A DNA stretch of 64,000 nt. Origin: an uncultured virus (IMG/VR IMGVR_UViG_3300043772_000843) (taxonomy: Duplodnaviria > Heunggongvirae > Uroviricota > Caudoviricetes). Each line of letters opens with the position of its first letter. Within the stretch, counting starts at the first letter, position 1. The stretch is taken from the IMG/VR virus record IMGVR_UViG_3300043772_000843, one strand, 5' to 3'. The notes under the pieces were generated by a model. It worked only from the letters and a program-made list of their open reading frames with translations. It ran no database searches and was not told where the DNA came from. A program made the position numbers and the translations under genes. This document shows, one piece after another, positions 8,128-16,345 of the stretch.

Positions 8128-8395
8128 TGGGCCCGTCCCCGGGCTCCGCCCCGGGCGGGAGTGGGCGCTCATAAGCCGCGCTCGCCCACGGAAGTACGGG
8201 TTGTTTGAATACCACAAAGCACCGGATGGTATTGAAGAGGGTAAGTGGCTGGCGACGTTGACACACTCTGGCTTTCTCGACGGCTGGTTTGTGTCAGCGT
8301 TCTTGAACGGCGGCGTTCAATGGCAAGTCAGACTCAGAGAGTCTGACGATCCACCCTTTGAGTTAGCGGAGGTACTTTATGACGCAGTGTGTTGA
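8114..8395 (+). CDS. Paralog-array protein A
   Basis: ATG overlaps the vWA gene end; ends PPFELAEVLYDAVC. Confidence 0.7.
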   Translation: MSQPDGPVPGLRPGREWALISRARPRKYGLFEYHKAPDGIEEGKWLATLTHSGFLDGWFVSAFLNGGVQWQVRLRESDDPPFELAEVLYDAVC

Positions 8396-8666
8396 GGTGC
8401 CCAAGCCCCTCGGTGAGGGCCGAAGCTGGCACCCTGTCGAGGACAAGCTCGTTGAAGCCTACAGCCTGTACGTACCCTACACCATGCCGGAGGGATACAG
8501 CACGATCAAACGACGGGCGACGCTGTCACGTATTTGGGGCGAGCCCGGGTGGACTCTCACTACAACACCGCGCTGGCCCTTTGACATGACGTCCCAGATG
8601 AAACTCCCACCAAGCCCCAACCCACCGTTCCAATTAGCGGAGGCACTGTATGACGCTGCTAAGTGA
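8379..8666 (+). CDS. Paralog-array protein B
   Basis: GGAGG RBS inside the previous gene; ends PPFQLAEALYDAAK. Confidence 0.75.
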   Translation: MTQCVEVPKPLGEGRSWHPVEDKLVEAYSLYVPYTMPEGYSTIKRRATLSRIWGEPGWTLTTTPRWPFDMTSQMKLPPSPNPPFQLAEALYDAAK

Positions 8667-8937
8667 CACGATACCAGCGCTCCGATCCAACAGGTATTGG
8701 AGAGAGGACAATGGGGCTTTTACCCTTTACGAGGTAAGGCCCACCATTTGGTCAAGTGAGATACGCAAGGCTCTGGATACACGCTCTTTGCTGGCTATAT
8801 ACAGGTCAGGAGGCCAAGCATGGATAGCAATAAGTTTTCAAAGAGACAGGACTGAAGACCGCTGGTCTATAAAACTTGAATCCATTGACCCGCCCCTAGG
8901 GGCGGCGGAGGCACTGTATGACGCTGCTAAGTGACAC
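8637..8937 (+). repeat. 33-bp exact direct repeat at gene junctions
   Basis: GCGGAGGCACTGTATGACGCTGCTAAGTGACAC at 8637-8669 and 8905-8937; degenerate copies near 8366 and 9143. Confidence 0.95.
8650..8934 (+). CDS. Paralog-array protein C
   Basis: Ends PPLGAAEALYDAAK. Confidence 0.75.
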   Translation: MTLLSDTIPALRSNRYWREDNGAFTLYEVRPTIWSSEIRKALDTRSLLAIYRSGGQAWIAISFQRDRTEDRWSIKLESIDPPLGAAEALYDAAK

Positions 8938-9172
8938 ACTAAGACCCAACAGACTCTGGGTCGACTTCGGAGGTGCAGGCCTGCTGGTCTACGTACTGCG
9001 AGAGTCGGTAGACGGAGGACCCTACAGAATGATTGCCGAGATCAGTAGGAAAGCAAACACACCGTGGAAGGTAGAGGCAATACTACCCAACAACACGTTG
9101 TGGCAAACGACCATCGACGTCGAAGCACCGCCGTTCAAGGTGGTCGAGGCGTTGTATGACGCGGCGCGTTGA
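8918..9172 (+). CDS. Paralog-array protein D
   Basis: Ends PPFKVVEALYDAAR. Confidence 0.75.
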   Translation: MTLLSDTLRPNRLWVDFGGAGLLVYVLRESVDGGPYRMIAEISRKANTPWKVEAILPNNTLWQTTIDVEAPPFKVVEALYDAAR

Positions 9173-9230
9173 CACCGCGAAGCGGTCCCGGCGCGGACCG
9201 GGTGTCGCTCCCCCAACCCTAGGAACTATC

Positions 9231-9533
9231 ATGAGCAAAGCACAGTTCGACAAAGTAATCCTAAGCATCGACCACAACAAGTTCATCGTGCCGAAAGAGG
9301 CAGCGATGGCGATCTTTGAACTCCTCTCTGGACACGATGTTTACAAGATCCAGACGTGGTATTCCAAAGACTACACCAACAACAGGGAGATGGCAATGCC
9401 GCTGACAGATGGCAACATGCCCAGCATCAGCACGCTGGGCCCGGTGCAGTTCGCAACGATGCGGGCCGCCGCCGACGCCAAGGAAGAGCAGGAGCGGGCG
9501 GAACAGAGAGCCAAGAAGGAAGCCAATGCTTGA
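9231..9533 (+). CDS. Hypothetical protein (in-frame alternative start at 9156)
   Basis: AGGA RBS before ATG 9231. Confidence 0.65.
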   Translation: MSKAQFDKVILSIDHNKFIVPKEAAMAIFELLSGHDVYKIQTWYSKDYTNNREMAMPLTDGNMPSISTLGPVQFATMRAAADAKEEQERAEQRAKKEANA

Positions 9534-9804
9534 CCCCAAGCGCAACCCCAAGTCGTCCTACCACATCAACGCCACCCTGAGCCTGCCCCCGGAGTACGTC
9601 AACGTCACGACCTACCCACCGATGCCTGAGGAGGTGCACACCGGTACCTATCGCCGCGATGTGCTGCCCCGGTGGATGCTTGAGGCGATGGCGCTGCTGG
9701 ACGCTGGGCACCCTGAGACAATCTACAACATCGGCGTGCGGGTAGGCGAAAATTCTTACTGGATTGAGCCCATGGGCGTTGACCCGCCGACAAAGAGTTG
9801 GTAG
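9526..9804 (+). CDS. Hypothetical protein
   Basis: AAGGA RBS; LPRWM..AMALL...IGVRVGENSYWI. Confidence 0.7.
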   Translation: MLDPKRNPKSSYHINATLSLPPEYVNVTTYPPMPEEVHTGTYRRDVLPRWMLEAMALLDAGHPETIYNIGVRVGENSYWIEPMGVDPPTKSW

Positions 9805-9807
9805 AGT
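9779..9807 (+). promoter_or_regulatory. Possible sigma70-type promoter
   Basis: TTGACC, 17-bp spacer, TGn-TAGAGT. Confidence 0.45.
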
Positions 9808-9904
9808 CGGACCACCAATCAACGGAGTAGCCGTCAATCAAGCACCGAGCCCGGTGCGCTAACCCTTCGCCCGCTGCTACTCAACGGGCGCATCAGAGGA
9901 CAAC

Positions 9905-10192
9905 ATGTTCCAAGTCGAAGCAGACATCTCCATCCCCAAGGGCACCCGCCCGGGCCGTCGTGGCACCATGTTCCCGTTCGCTGTCATGGGAGTCGGTCAC
10001 TCTTTCCTGATCCCCTTCGACACGGCTGGTGACGAGGGCAAGAAGCTGGTGGACTCGTGGCGTCGCAAGGTGCTGAACGCACGGAACCGGTTCAACGCCG
10101 TGCTCATGACCGACGCTGGGTACGGTGGCAACGAGATTGAGACCCGCACCGCCATCATGTCCGATGGTTTGCGCGTGTGGCGCACCGCCTGA
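9905..10192 (+). CDS. Small phage protein (FPF..M.VG.SF...GLRVWR family)
   Basis: GAGGA RBS; motif shared with 24082..24318. Confidence 0.75.
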   Translation: MFQVEADISIPKGTRPGRRGTMFPFAVMGVGHSFLIPFDTAGDEGKKLVDSWRRKVLNARNRFNAVLMTDAGYGGNEIETRTAIMSDGLRVWRTA

Positions 10193-10214
10193 ACGACAAC
10201 AACGTCCCCCACTC

Positions 10215-10299
10215 AACGCTCTGCAAACGCAGGGCGTTTTTGTTGGCCGAACGCTTTACACCCCGCAGGGGCAGGGCGTTTTTCATGGCTGAACGCTTT
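10215..10299 (+). terminator. Tandem terminator-like hairpins built from a 29-bp near-repeat
   Basis: AACGCTCTGC-AAAC-GCAGGGCGTT plus TTT, then AACGCTTT...AGGGCGTT plus TTT; repeats at 10229-10257 and 10271-10299. Confidence 0.6.
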
Positions 10300-10311
10300 T
10301 GGAGAGCACAA

Positions 10312-10758
10312 ATGACAAACAAGATTGCACACAAAATCAAGAAGCTGGACAGCTTTCGGGGCGAAGCGGAGTTGTTCCGCATGGAGCCCCCGCACGAGGG
10401 CCACGAGTACGTCGTGGTCAGCGCTGTCAAGCCCAAGCCCACGGGCATGCCTGAAATCGACAACATCCCGGGACTCCTTGATCCCGAGACATACATCTTC
10501 GGTGCCGACGCCGCAGGTGTGGTGGTGGACTGGTCGGACCTCCCGGGCAGCTTCAGGGGTGCGATGGACATCCCGCAGGCACTGCGCAACGCAGGGTATG
10601 AGGTGGCCGACGCACGCCTGATTGCCGCAGCCCCCGGTTTACTCCAGTGTCTGGAGGAGCTGCTCGCTGTTATTCACGACAGAGAACGCGACGACGCCAC
10701 TATCGCCGCTGTCAACGCGGCGGAAGGTTTGATCGCACAAGTGCGAGGTGACGAATGA
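10312..10758 (+). CDS. Hypothetical protein with DARLIAAAP motif
   Basis: GGAG RBS; YVVVSAV...ETYIFGAD...DW..LPGSF followed by ARLIAAAP.LL. Confidence 0.75.
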   Translation: MTNKIAHKIKKLDSFRGEAELFRMEPPHEGHEYVVVSAVKPKPTGMPEIDNIPGLLDPETYIFGADAAGVVVDWSDLPGSFRGAMDIPQALRNAGYEVADARLIAAAPGLLQCLEELLAVIHDRERDDATIAAVNAAEGLIAQVRGDE

Positions 10759-10910
10759 ACACCAAAATACTTCGCCGTGCCCGGGCTCTGTGGGCCTCGG
10801 GCGACCGCCGCCTAGATCGGCACAATCAGCGGGCATGGGTCCGCGCCCTCCGTCGGCTGGGTGACAAGTGGCTGCTGGCGCGGCATGTGCCGAGAAAGGA
10901 GTTGGTATGA
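10755..10910 (+). CDS. Small basic protein
   Basis: ATGA overlaps at both ends; MNTKILRRAR...WVRALRRLGDKWLLA (51 aa, not in the ORF track). Confidence 0.65.
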   Translation: MNTKILRRARALWASGDRRLDRHNQRAWVRALRRLGDKWLLARHVPRKELV

Positions 10911-11161
10911 GTGGCGGTTACTTCGACTACGAGCAGTGTCGCATGCAGAACATGGCGGACCGACTTGCGTCCGTTATCGAGACCAACGACGAGTTCAGCA
11001 AGGAGACACTGGCAGAGTTCCACAAGGGACTCGTGCTGCTCATGGTGGCAGCGGTGTACCTAGAGCGTATCGACTTCCTGCTCTCTAGTGACGACAGAGA
11101 AGAGACGTTTCACAAGCGGCTGAAGGAGGACCTACTCCACATCCCCAAGGAGGTATCGTGA
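10907..11161 (+). CDS. Hypothetical protein
   Basis: MSGGYFDYEQ start after AGGAG. Confidence 0.7.
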   Translation: MSGGYFDYEQCRMQNMADRLASVIETNDEFSKETLAEFHKGLVLLMVAAVYLERIDFLLSSDDREETFHKRLKEDLLHIPKEVS

Positions 11162-11382
11162 AATACGAAGACACTGAGTTTTCCGATGGCACCGAGCCGA
11201 CAGTGCGTCGACTCCCCAAAGGTACAGACCAGCAGGGGCGCTATCCCGAGGCGGCGGAAGCCGTCACCGACATCGGACAGGAGAACGAGGACCCGAAGGA
11301 GGACACGATGTGGTTCTGGGTCGTGGTCGTCGCGATTTTCACCGCCGTCGTGGTGGCGGCTGCTTGGGAGGGGATGGCATGA
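11158..11382 (+). CDS. Small membrane protein
   Basis: GGAGG RBS; hydrophobic C-terminal helix. Confidence 0.65.
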   Translation: MKYEDTEFSDGTEPTVRRLPKGTDQQGRYPEAAEAVTDIGQENEDPKEDTMWFWVVVVAIFTAVVVAAAWEGMA

Positions 11383-11813
11383 CAACACTGCGTGAAGCCG
11401 CCCAGCAGGCGCTGGAGGCGCTGGAGGCAACGCATTACGACGTTGGTTCCGCTGAAAAACAGCGATTGCAGGTTATGGACGCCATCACCGCCCTCCGCGC
11501 CGCGCTGGAGCAGCAGGAGCCGGTGGCGTTTGCAGATCGGATCTCGTTCGATCAAGCCATGAAGTCTGGCAAAGGCCACGATGTGTGGCCCGAAGCTGGT
11601 GACTATGAGGCTCGCACCGGACGCAAACTGCGCGTTCTCTACACCCATCCACCTCGCCGCGAGTGGCAGTCGTTGACAACACAGGAGGCAATGACCCTTA
11701 CAGACACAGTCCCGAGAGGCACCTTCTACGGATGCGATGCGGGCATTGGTCTGGGTATCTGGATCGCCGCTGTTGCGGCGGCTGAGCGAGCGCTGAAGGA
11801 GAAAAACACATGA
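11379..11813 (+). CDS. Hypothetical mosaic protein
   Basis: LREAAQQALEALE...EPVA...LYTHPPRREWQSLT...LKEKNT. Confidence 0.7.
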   Translation: MTTLREAAQQALEALEATHYDVGSAEKQRLQVMDAITALRAALEQQEPVAFADRISFDQAMKSGKGHDVWPEAGDYEARTGRKLRVLYTHPPRREWQSLTTQEAMTLTDTVPRGTFYGCDAGIGLGIWIAAVAAAERALKEKNT

Positions 11814-11950
11814 TGTACTTTGAGCGAAACTATCCGCATTGGCTTGTGTGGCCCGCACTCGCGTTTGGTCGAGACGATCTGCATGGTTTTTGGATCGGCA
11901 TCGGTTGGCTAAATATGGAAGTGGGCTGGAAGGAGAAGAATAATGGCTGA
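11810..11950 (+). CDS. Small Trp-rich protein
   Basis: 46-aa ORF filling the gap; AAGGAG RBS. Confidence 0.5.
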   Translation: MMYFERNYPHWLVWPALAFGRDDLHGFWIGIGWLNMEVGWKEKNNG

Positions 11951-12242
11951 AGAAATATCGCCGCTGGAAGACCACGGTTGGTGGATGGAGCGGTTGCGCA
12001 AAGATGCGAAAGCAAATCGGCCCGAAGCCTTGCGTCTGGCTGCGCAACTAGAAGACGCCGAGTCCGCAAGGTTGCATCTGCTGCCCTATGCCGCAGCCGA
12101 ACTGCGCCACCTGCACGCGGTGAATCAGGAACTGCTGGCGGCGCTGATCAGCTTCACAAATTCCGCCTACATCAAGAAACACCACCCCAAGCGGTACGCG
12201 GCAGCAATTGCAGCCATCGCCAAAGCGGAGGAGCAGAAATGA
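11943..12242 (+). CDS. Hypothetical protein
   Basis: PEALRLA..L...AAAELRHLHAVNQELL...AIAKAE. Confidence 0.7.
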   Translation: MAEEISPLEDHGWWMERLRKDAKANRPEALRLAAQLEDAESARLHLLPYAAAELRHLHAVNQELLAALISFTNSAYIKKHHPKRYAAAIAAIAKAEEQK

Positions 12243-12454
12243 CCCGCGAAGACATCATCCGCATGGCGCGGGAGGCTGGGTTGTACGAGGACGGCAAGTT
12301 CTTTGTGCTCCTCCCGCGCGAGCTTATCCACTTCTATACCCTCGCCGCCGCAGCAGAGCGCGAAGCCTGCGCCGACATCTGCGACCAGCACGCCAGCATC
12401 GAGGGCATTGCGCAGCGGTGCGCGGAGCAGATCAGGGCGAGGAGGAAGACATGA
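12239..12454 (+). CDS. Hypothetical protein
   Basis: MTREDIIRMAREAG...EREACADIC. Confidence 0.7.
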   Translation: MTREDIIRMAREAGLYEDGKFFVLLPRELIHFYTLAAAAEREACADICDQHASIEGIAQRCAEQIRARRKT

Positions 12455-12534
12455 AATTCCGCGCCTTCCTGCGCGGTTTCGTCAACGGACTAGCACTGCT
12501 GCCGCTGTGGCGGTGGATAAGGAGGAAGATATGA
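12451..12534 (+). CDS. 27-aa amphipathic peptide
   Basis: GGAGG RBS, ATGA overlaps; MKFRAFLRGFVNGLALLPLWRWIRRKI. Confidence 0.55.
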   Translation: MKFRAFLRGFVNGLALLPLWRWIRRKI

Positions 12535-12797
12535 AAGACACCGGAGGACCGGCGTTTCCGTTTTGGTGTGATTCCAACGGAATGGCTAACTTTCAAGGCA
12601 TGACCCTGCGCGATTACTTCGCGGCGAAGGCGAGCGACGCCGATATCGAGGATCTGCGCGAAAGGACGAAGCGCCAAACAGTGCAAATCAACAGCATGGG
12701 CCGACGCGAAATTTCGCTCGTCGTGCCCCGCGATTGGCGCCAGATCGCACGGTATATACATGCCGACGCCATGCTGGCAGAGAGGAGCAAGACATGA
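12531..12797 (+). CDS. Hypothetical protein (GGPAFP...GMTLRDYFAAKA family)
   Basis: Recognisable common phage motif; GGAGG RBS. Confidence 0.75.
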   Translation: MKDTGGPAFPFWCDSNGMANFQGMTLRDYFAAKASDADIEDLRERTKRQTVQINSMGRREISLVVPRDWRQIARYIHADAMLAERSKT

Positions 12798-12994
12798 AAA
12801 AGATCGACTACTTCTGGCTGCGTGCAGCGGTCCATATCACCGCCATTGTGTTCGCCGTGCAGTGCGTCACTGAGGTCGTGGGCACACGCAAGCCCGAGTA
12901 TGGGTGGGTGTTTTGGGCATCTCTCTGCGCGTTCGCCGCATCTGTGTTGTGCAGCGTTGGCGCGGTGGTTTGGAATGCAAGGAGCAAGACATGA
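12794..12994 (+). CDS. Small two-TM membrane protein
   Basis: AGGAG RBS; two hydrophobic stretches. Confidence 0.6.
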   Translation: MKKIDYFWLRAAVHITAIVFAVQCVTEVVGTRKPEYGWVFWASLCAFAASVLCSVGAVVWNARSKT

Positions 12995-13224
12995 CCCTCC
13001 CCGCCGACGTAGCCCGCTGCCTCGGCACTGACCTGCCAGAGTGCGCAACCTGCCGCCGCCGCACCGACCCGCCGCATGATCGGCAAGTGTGGACAGGCCC
13101 GTGGGAACTCGAAGGCGTTCCCTGTGAAATGAGAATACCCGTATGCACGACCCAGTCAATCACCCTCAACACTACACCGAGCACCCGTCAGGTGTCGAGT
13201 GCATCCAAATCACCGAGCACATGA
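12991..13224 (+). CDS. Cys-rich hypothetical protein
   Basis: MTLPADVARC...CATCRRRT. Confidence 0.55.
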   Translation: MTLPADVARCLGTDLPECATCRRRTDPPHDRQVWTGPWELEGVPCEMRIPVCTTQSITLNTTPSTRQVSSASKSPST

Positions 13225-13355
13225 GCTTTTGTCTCGGCAACGCCGTCAAGTACATCTGGCGTGCAGATCTGAAACACGACGCCATCGAGGATCTCAAGAA
13301 GGCCCGGTGGTATATCGACAGAGAAATTCAGAGGAGAGAAGGTGGCAAGAGCTGA
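13143..13355 (+). CDS. DUF3310 family protein
   Basis: DPVNHPQHY...ECI...FCLGNAVKYIWRA..K...EDLKKARWY. Confidence 0.85.
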   Translation: MHDPVNHPQHYTEHPSGVECIQITEHMSFCLGNAVKYIWRADLKHDAIEDLKKARWYIDREIQRREGGKS

Positions 13356-13566
13356 CAACATCAAGAGGTGGGCGGATATGCTAGCCCTGTGGGTCAAGGC
13401 CCCAAGGACTGTTGACGAACTCGCTTCGCTGACCGGCCTCGACAGAGGAGTCATCTACCGCTGGCGCAAGGCACTAGAGGATGAGGGCCTGATCACAAGG
13501 TGCGGAAAGACAGCGGTCAACGCCACCATATGGGCCTGGAACCCACCAACGAAGGACAACCCATGA
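13342..13566 (+). CDS. Winged HTH protein
   Basis: KAPRTVDELASLTGL...L.DEGLI. Confidence 0.7.
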   Translation: MARADNIKRWADMLALWVKAPRTVDELASLTGLDRGVIYRWRKALEDEGLITRCGKTAVNATIWAWNPPTKDNP

Positions 13567-13627
13567 TCGAACTCATCGCCATTGCCAACCTTGCCGGGGC
13601 TTTCGCCCTGCTGTTGTGGAGAGAGTA

Positions 13628-13762
13628 ATGCACCCATCAGGACTTACCCTCGCCCGCTGGGCGTGGCCCTTCAAGACCGACGCGGAGCGCGTACTGGTCG
13701 CACGGTGGTTCGCTAAGCAGGACCATGCCCAACGCGGACAAGGTGAGGAGGCACTCTTCTGA
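13628..13762 (+). CDS. Small hypothetical protein
   Basis: MHPSGLTLARWAWPFK...EEALF; GGAG RBS. Confidence 0.5.
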   Translation: MHPSGLTLARWAWPFKTDAERVLVARWFAKQDHAQRGQGEEALF

Positions 13763-14010
13763 TGCCATACAACACCGAACACCCACCGAAGATTGCGGAC
13801 CTCATCGCACTCTTGATCAAGGCTCCGCGCACAGGACGTGAGCTTGCAGAACTGACAGGCATGCACCTGGGTACCATCCGTGCCTACCTCTTTGCTTTTC
13901 ACGCCGAGGGCTTCATCCACTACGAAGAGCCTGCACATCCCACAAAACCACGCATTTATGTTTGGGATACCACGGCACTGGAACCGAGAAAACATGGCCA
14001 ACACACCTGA
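13762..14010 (+). CDS. Winged HTH protein, paralog of 13342..13566
   Basis: KAPRTGRELAELTGM...HAEGFI. Confidence 0.7.
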   Translation: MPYNTEHPPKIADLIALLIKAPRTGRELAELTGMHLGTIRAYLFAFHAEGFIHYEEPAHPTKPRIYVWDTTALEPRKHGQHT

Positions 14011-14287
14011 ATCCAAAGTCAAGGCGAAGGCCGTTGAGATCATCAAGAAACACAAGGGGTACTACTTCTACCCCGTCACGGGAGGCTATGGACGTTCAGG
14101 TATCCCCGACATCATCGTGTGTCACCGTGGGAAGTTCTTGGGCGTGGAGTGCAAAGCCGGGTTCAACAAGCCCACCGCACTACAAGACCAAGAGATGACT
14201 AAGATCGAACAGGCGGGCGGTGCCGCGATGGTGGTGCGAGAAGACACCCTTGACCTACTCGACCGCTGGCTCTGGGAGAACACGTAA
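13994..14287 (+). CDS. VRR-NUC nuclease / Holliday junction resolvase
   Basis: TPESKVK...GYGRSGIPD...VECKAG.NKPTALQ. Confidence 0.85.
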   Translation: MANTPESKVKAKAVEIIKKHKGYYFYPVTGGYGRSGIPDIIVCHRGKFLGVECKAGFNKPTALQDQEMTKIEQAGGAAMVVREDTLDLLDRWLWENT

Positions 14288-16152
14288 TGGAGGTAGTCGC
14301 ACTTGACTTTGAAACCTATTATGACCGCGAGTACAGCCTCACCAAACTCACCACCGAAGAGTACATCCGCGACCCGCGTTTTGAAGTCATCATGCTCGGC
14401 GTGCGCTGGCCGGATTCATCGAAGGAGGTTGTCTCTGGCACGCACCTTGAGATCAAGCAGTGGTGTGATGCGGTGCCCTGGGGACAGTACGCGATCCTGT
14501 GTCATAACACAATCTTCGACGGTGCCATCCTGGCATGGAAGTTCGGGGTCAAACCCCGCGCGTGGCTCGATACCCTCAGTATGGCCCGTGCCATGTTCAG
14601 TGCCCGGAACAACTCCTTGGCGTCGCTGGCGAAGCGCTACCACTTGGAGGACAAAGGCACCTATGTCATGAATATGCTGGGGCGTAGGTGCTCCGACATG
14701 TCGCCGGGGGAGTTTCGACAATACTCTGAGTACTGCCTGCACGACGTTGACCTGTGCTATGACTTATGGGGTCTCATGTCTACCGGCTGGTACAACCCGA
14801 CCGAGGCTGACTTCCGAGGGCCGTTCCCCATCGAGGAGTTGATGCTCATCGACCTGCATATTCGCATGTTCACTGAGCCGATGCTCAAGCTGAACCGCGA
14901 CAAGCTGGAGGCGCACCTCGCAGCGGTGCGGGAACGGAAAGCGGAGTTGTTGTCAGCGGCAGGGGTTGAGGTTGACCTGCTCATGAGCAACCAGAAGTTC
15001 GCAGAGGTGCTCAAGGGCTTCGGCGTTGATCCGCCGACAAAGATCAGTGCAACGACAGGCAAGCCCGCCTTTGCCTTCGCCAAGACCGACCCGGGCATGA
15101 AGGCTCTCCTTGAGCATGAAGATGAGCGGGTGCAAGCGGTAGCTGCTGCACGACTCGGCGTCAAGAGCACCTTGGAGGAGACGCGCACCGAGCGCTTCAT
15201 CGGCATCTCGACCCGGGGCGATGCCTTCCCCGTGCCGCTCAAGTACGCCTATGCGCGAACAAAACGGTCATCTGGCGGGGACGGGGTCAACCTCCAGAAC
15301 CTGCCCTCGCGTGGCAACACCGACCTCAAGGCCTGCATCGAGGCACCCCCGGGCTACGTCATCATCGACTGCGACTCCTCGAACATTGAGGCGCGGGTGC
15401 TTGCGTGGCTGGCGGGGCAGGAAGATCTGGTCAACGACTTCGCCAACGGCGTTGATGTGTATTGCAAGCTGGCAACCAAGATCTACGGTAAGACTGTGAC
15501 TAAGGCTGACAAGCTAGAGCGCTTCGTTGGAAAGACGGTGACGCTCGGCTGCGGCTACCAGACCGGCGCAGGCAAGCTCAAGGCGACGCTCAAGGCGGCA
15601 ACACTGTCGGTCGACCTTGACATCGTAGAGTGTGAGAAGATCATCAACACCTACCGTGGCAGTGTGCCGCATATCGTTGACCTGTGGGCACGGGGAGAAG
15701 AGTCTATCCGCTCTATGTACAACGATGAGAGCATGTGGCTGGGGCGTGAAGGTGTGGCGCTGATCGAGGGGAAGAAGGGTATCAAGCTGCCCAGCGGGCT
15801 CTACATCAGCTATCCACAACTCCACCGTGCACAGGGTGAGCGCTTCGTTGAGTGGCGCTACAAAGATGACACTGGTGTGGTGAACATCTACGGTGGGAAG
15901 CTCATCGAGAATCTTACCCAAGCACTGGCACGTATCATCGTCATGAGTCAGATGCTACGCATCTCCCGTAAGTTACCCGTCAAGCTCACTGTGCATGACA
16001 GCGTGATAGCATTGGCTCGCGAGGACGAGCGCCAAGCGGCGAGGGCTTACGTCGAGTCTTGCATGCGCTGGGTGCCTGACTGGGCTCAGGGGTGCCCGCT
16101 CAACTGTGAATCGAAGTGGGGCTACAACTATGGAGAACTGCATGAAGACTGA
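14287..16152 (+). CDS. Family A DNA polymerase with 3'-5' exonuclease domain
   Basis: ExoI LDFET, HNTIFD; NLQNLP; motif A DSSNIEAR; motif B RFVGKTVTLGCGY; motif C VHDS. Confidence 0.95.
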   Translation: MEVVALDFETYYDREYSLTKLTTEEYIRDPRFEVIMLGVRWPDSSKEVVSGTHLEIKQWCDAVPWGQYAILCHNTIFDGAILAWKFGVKPRAWLDTLSMARAMFSARNNSLASLAKRYHLEDKGTYVMNMLGRRCSDMSPGEFRQYSEYCLHDVDLCYDLWGLMSTGWYNPTEADFRGPFPIEELMLIDLHIRMFTEPMLKLNRDKLEAHLAAVRERKAELLSAAGVEVDLLMSNQKFAEVLKGFGVDPPTKISATTGKPAFAFAKTDPGMKALLEHEDERVQAVAAARLGVKSTLEETRTERFIGISTRGDAFPVPLKYAYARTKRSSGGDGVNLQNLPSRGNTDLKACIEAPPGYVIIDCDSSNIEARVLAWLAGQEDLVNDFANGVDVYCKLATKIYGKTVTKADKLERFVGKTVTLGCGYQTGAGKLKATLKAATLSVDLDIVECEKIINTYRGSVPHIVDLWARGEESIRSMYNDESMWLGREGVALIEGKKGIKLPSGLYISYPQLHRAQGERFVEWRYKDDTGVVNIYGGKLIENLTQALARIIVMSQMLRISRKLPVKLTVHDSVIALAREDERQAARAYVESCMRWVPDWAQGCPLNCESKWGYNYGELHED

Positions 16153-16345
16153 CGAGGTCATCGACTACGCTATGCCGATGATGAAGATCCAGCAGATGCT
16201 GCGCAAAGCGCATGACCTGTGCCTTGAGCACCACTACGCCGAGGCCCGTGAAGTGGCCTTGCAGCTTGGGGCAGAAGCGCGTATCCTCCAGCACACGCTA
16301 TCCATCATGGAGGACGGGCCTATGGCCCGCGCTGCCACGTCATGA
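16142..16345 (+). CDS. Hypothetical protein
   Basis: GGAG RBS; IDYAMPMM motif. Confidence 0.65.
   Translation: MKTDEVIDYAMPMMKIQQMLRKAHDLCLEHHYAEAREVALQLGAEARILQHTLSIMEDGPMARAATS

Noticed and set aside
8351..9175. CRISPR-like array
   Set aside because: The spacers are 240-270-nt protein-coding ORFs, the repeats are degenerate and coding, and there is no cas operon. The nuclease at 16342 is an ordinary phage PD-(D/E)xK exonuclease.
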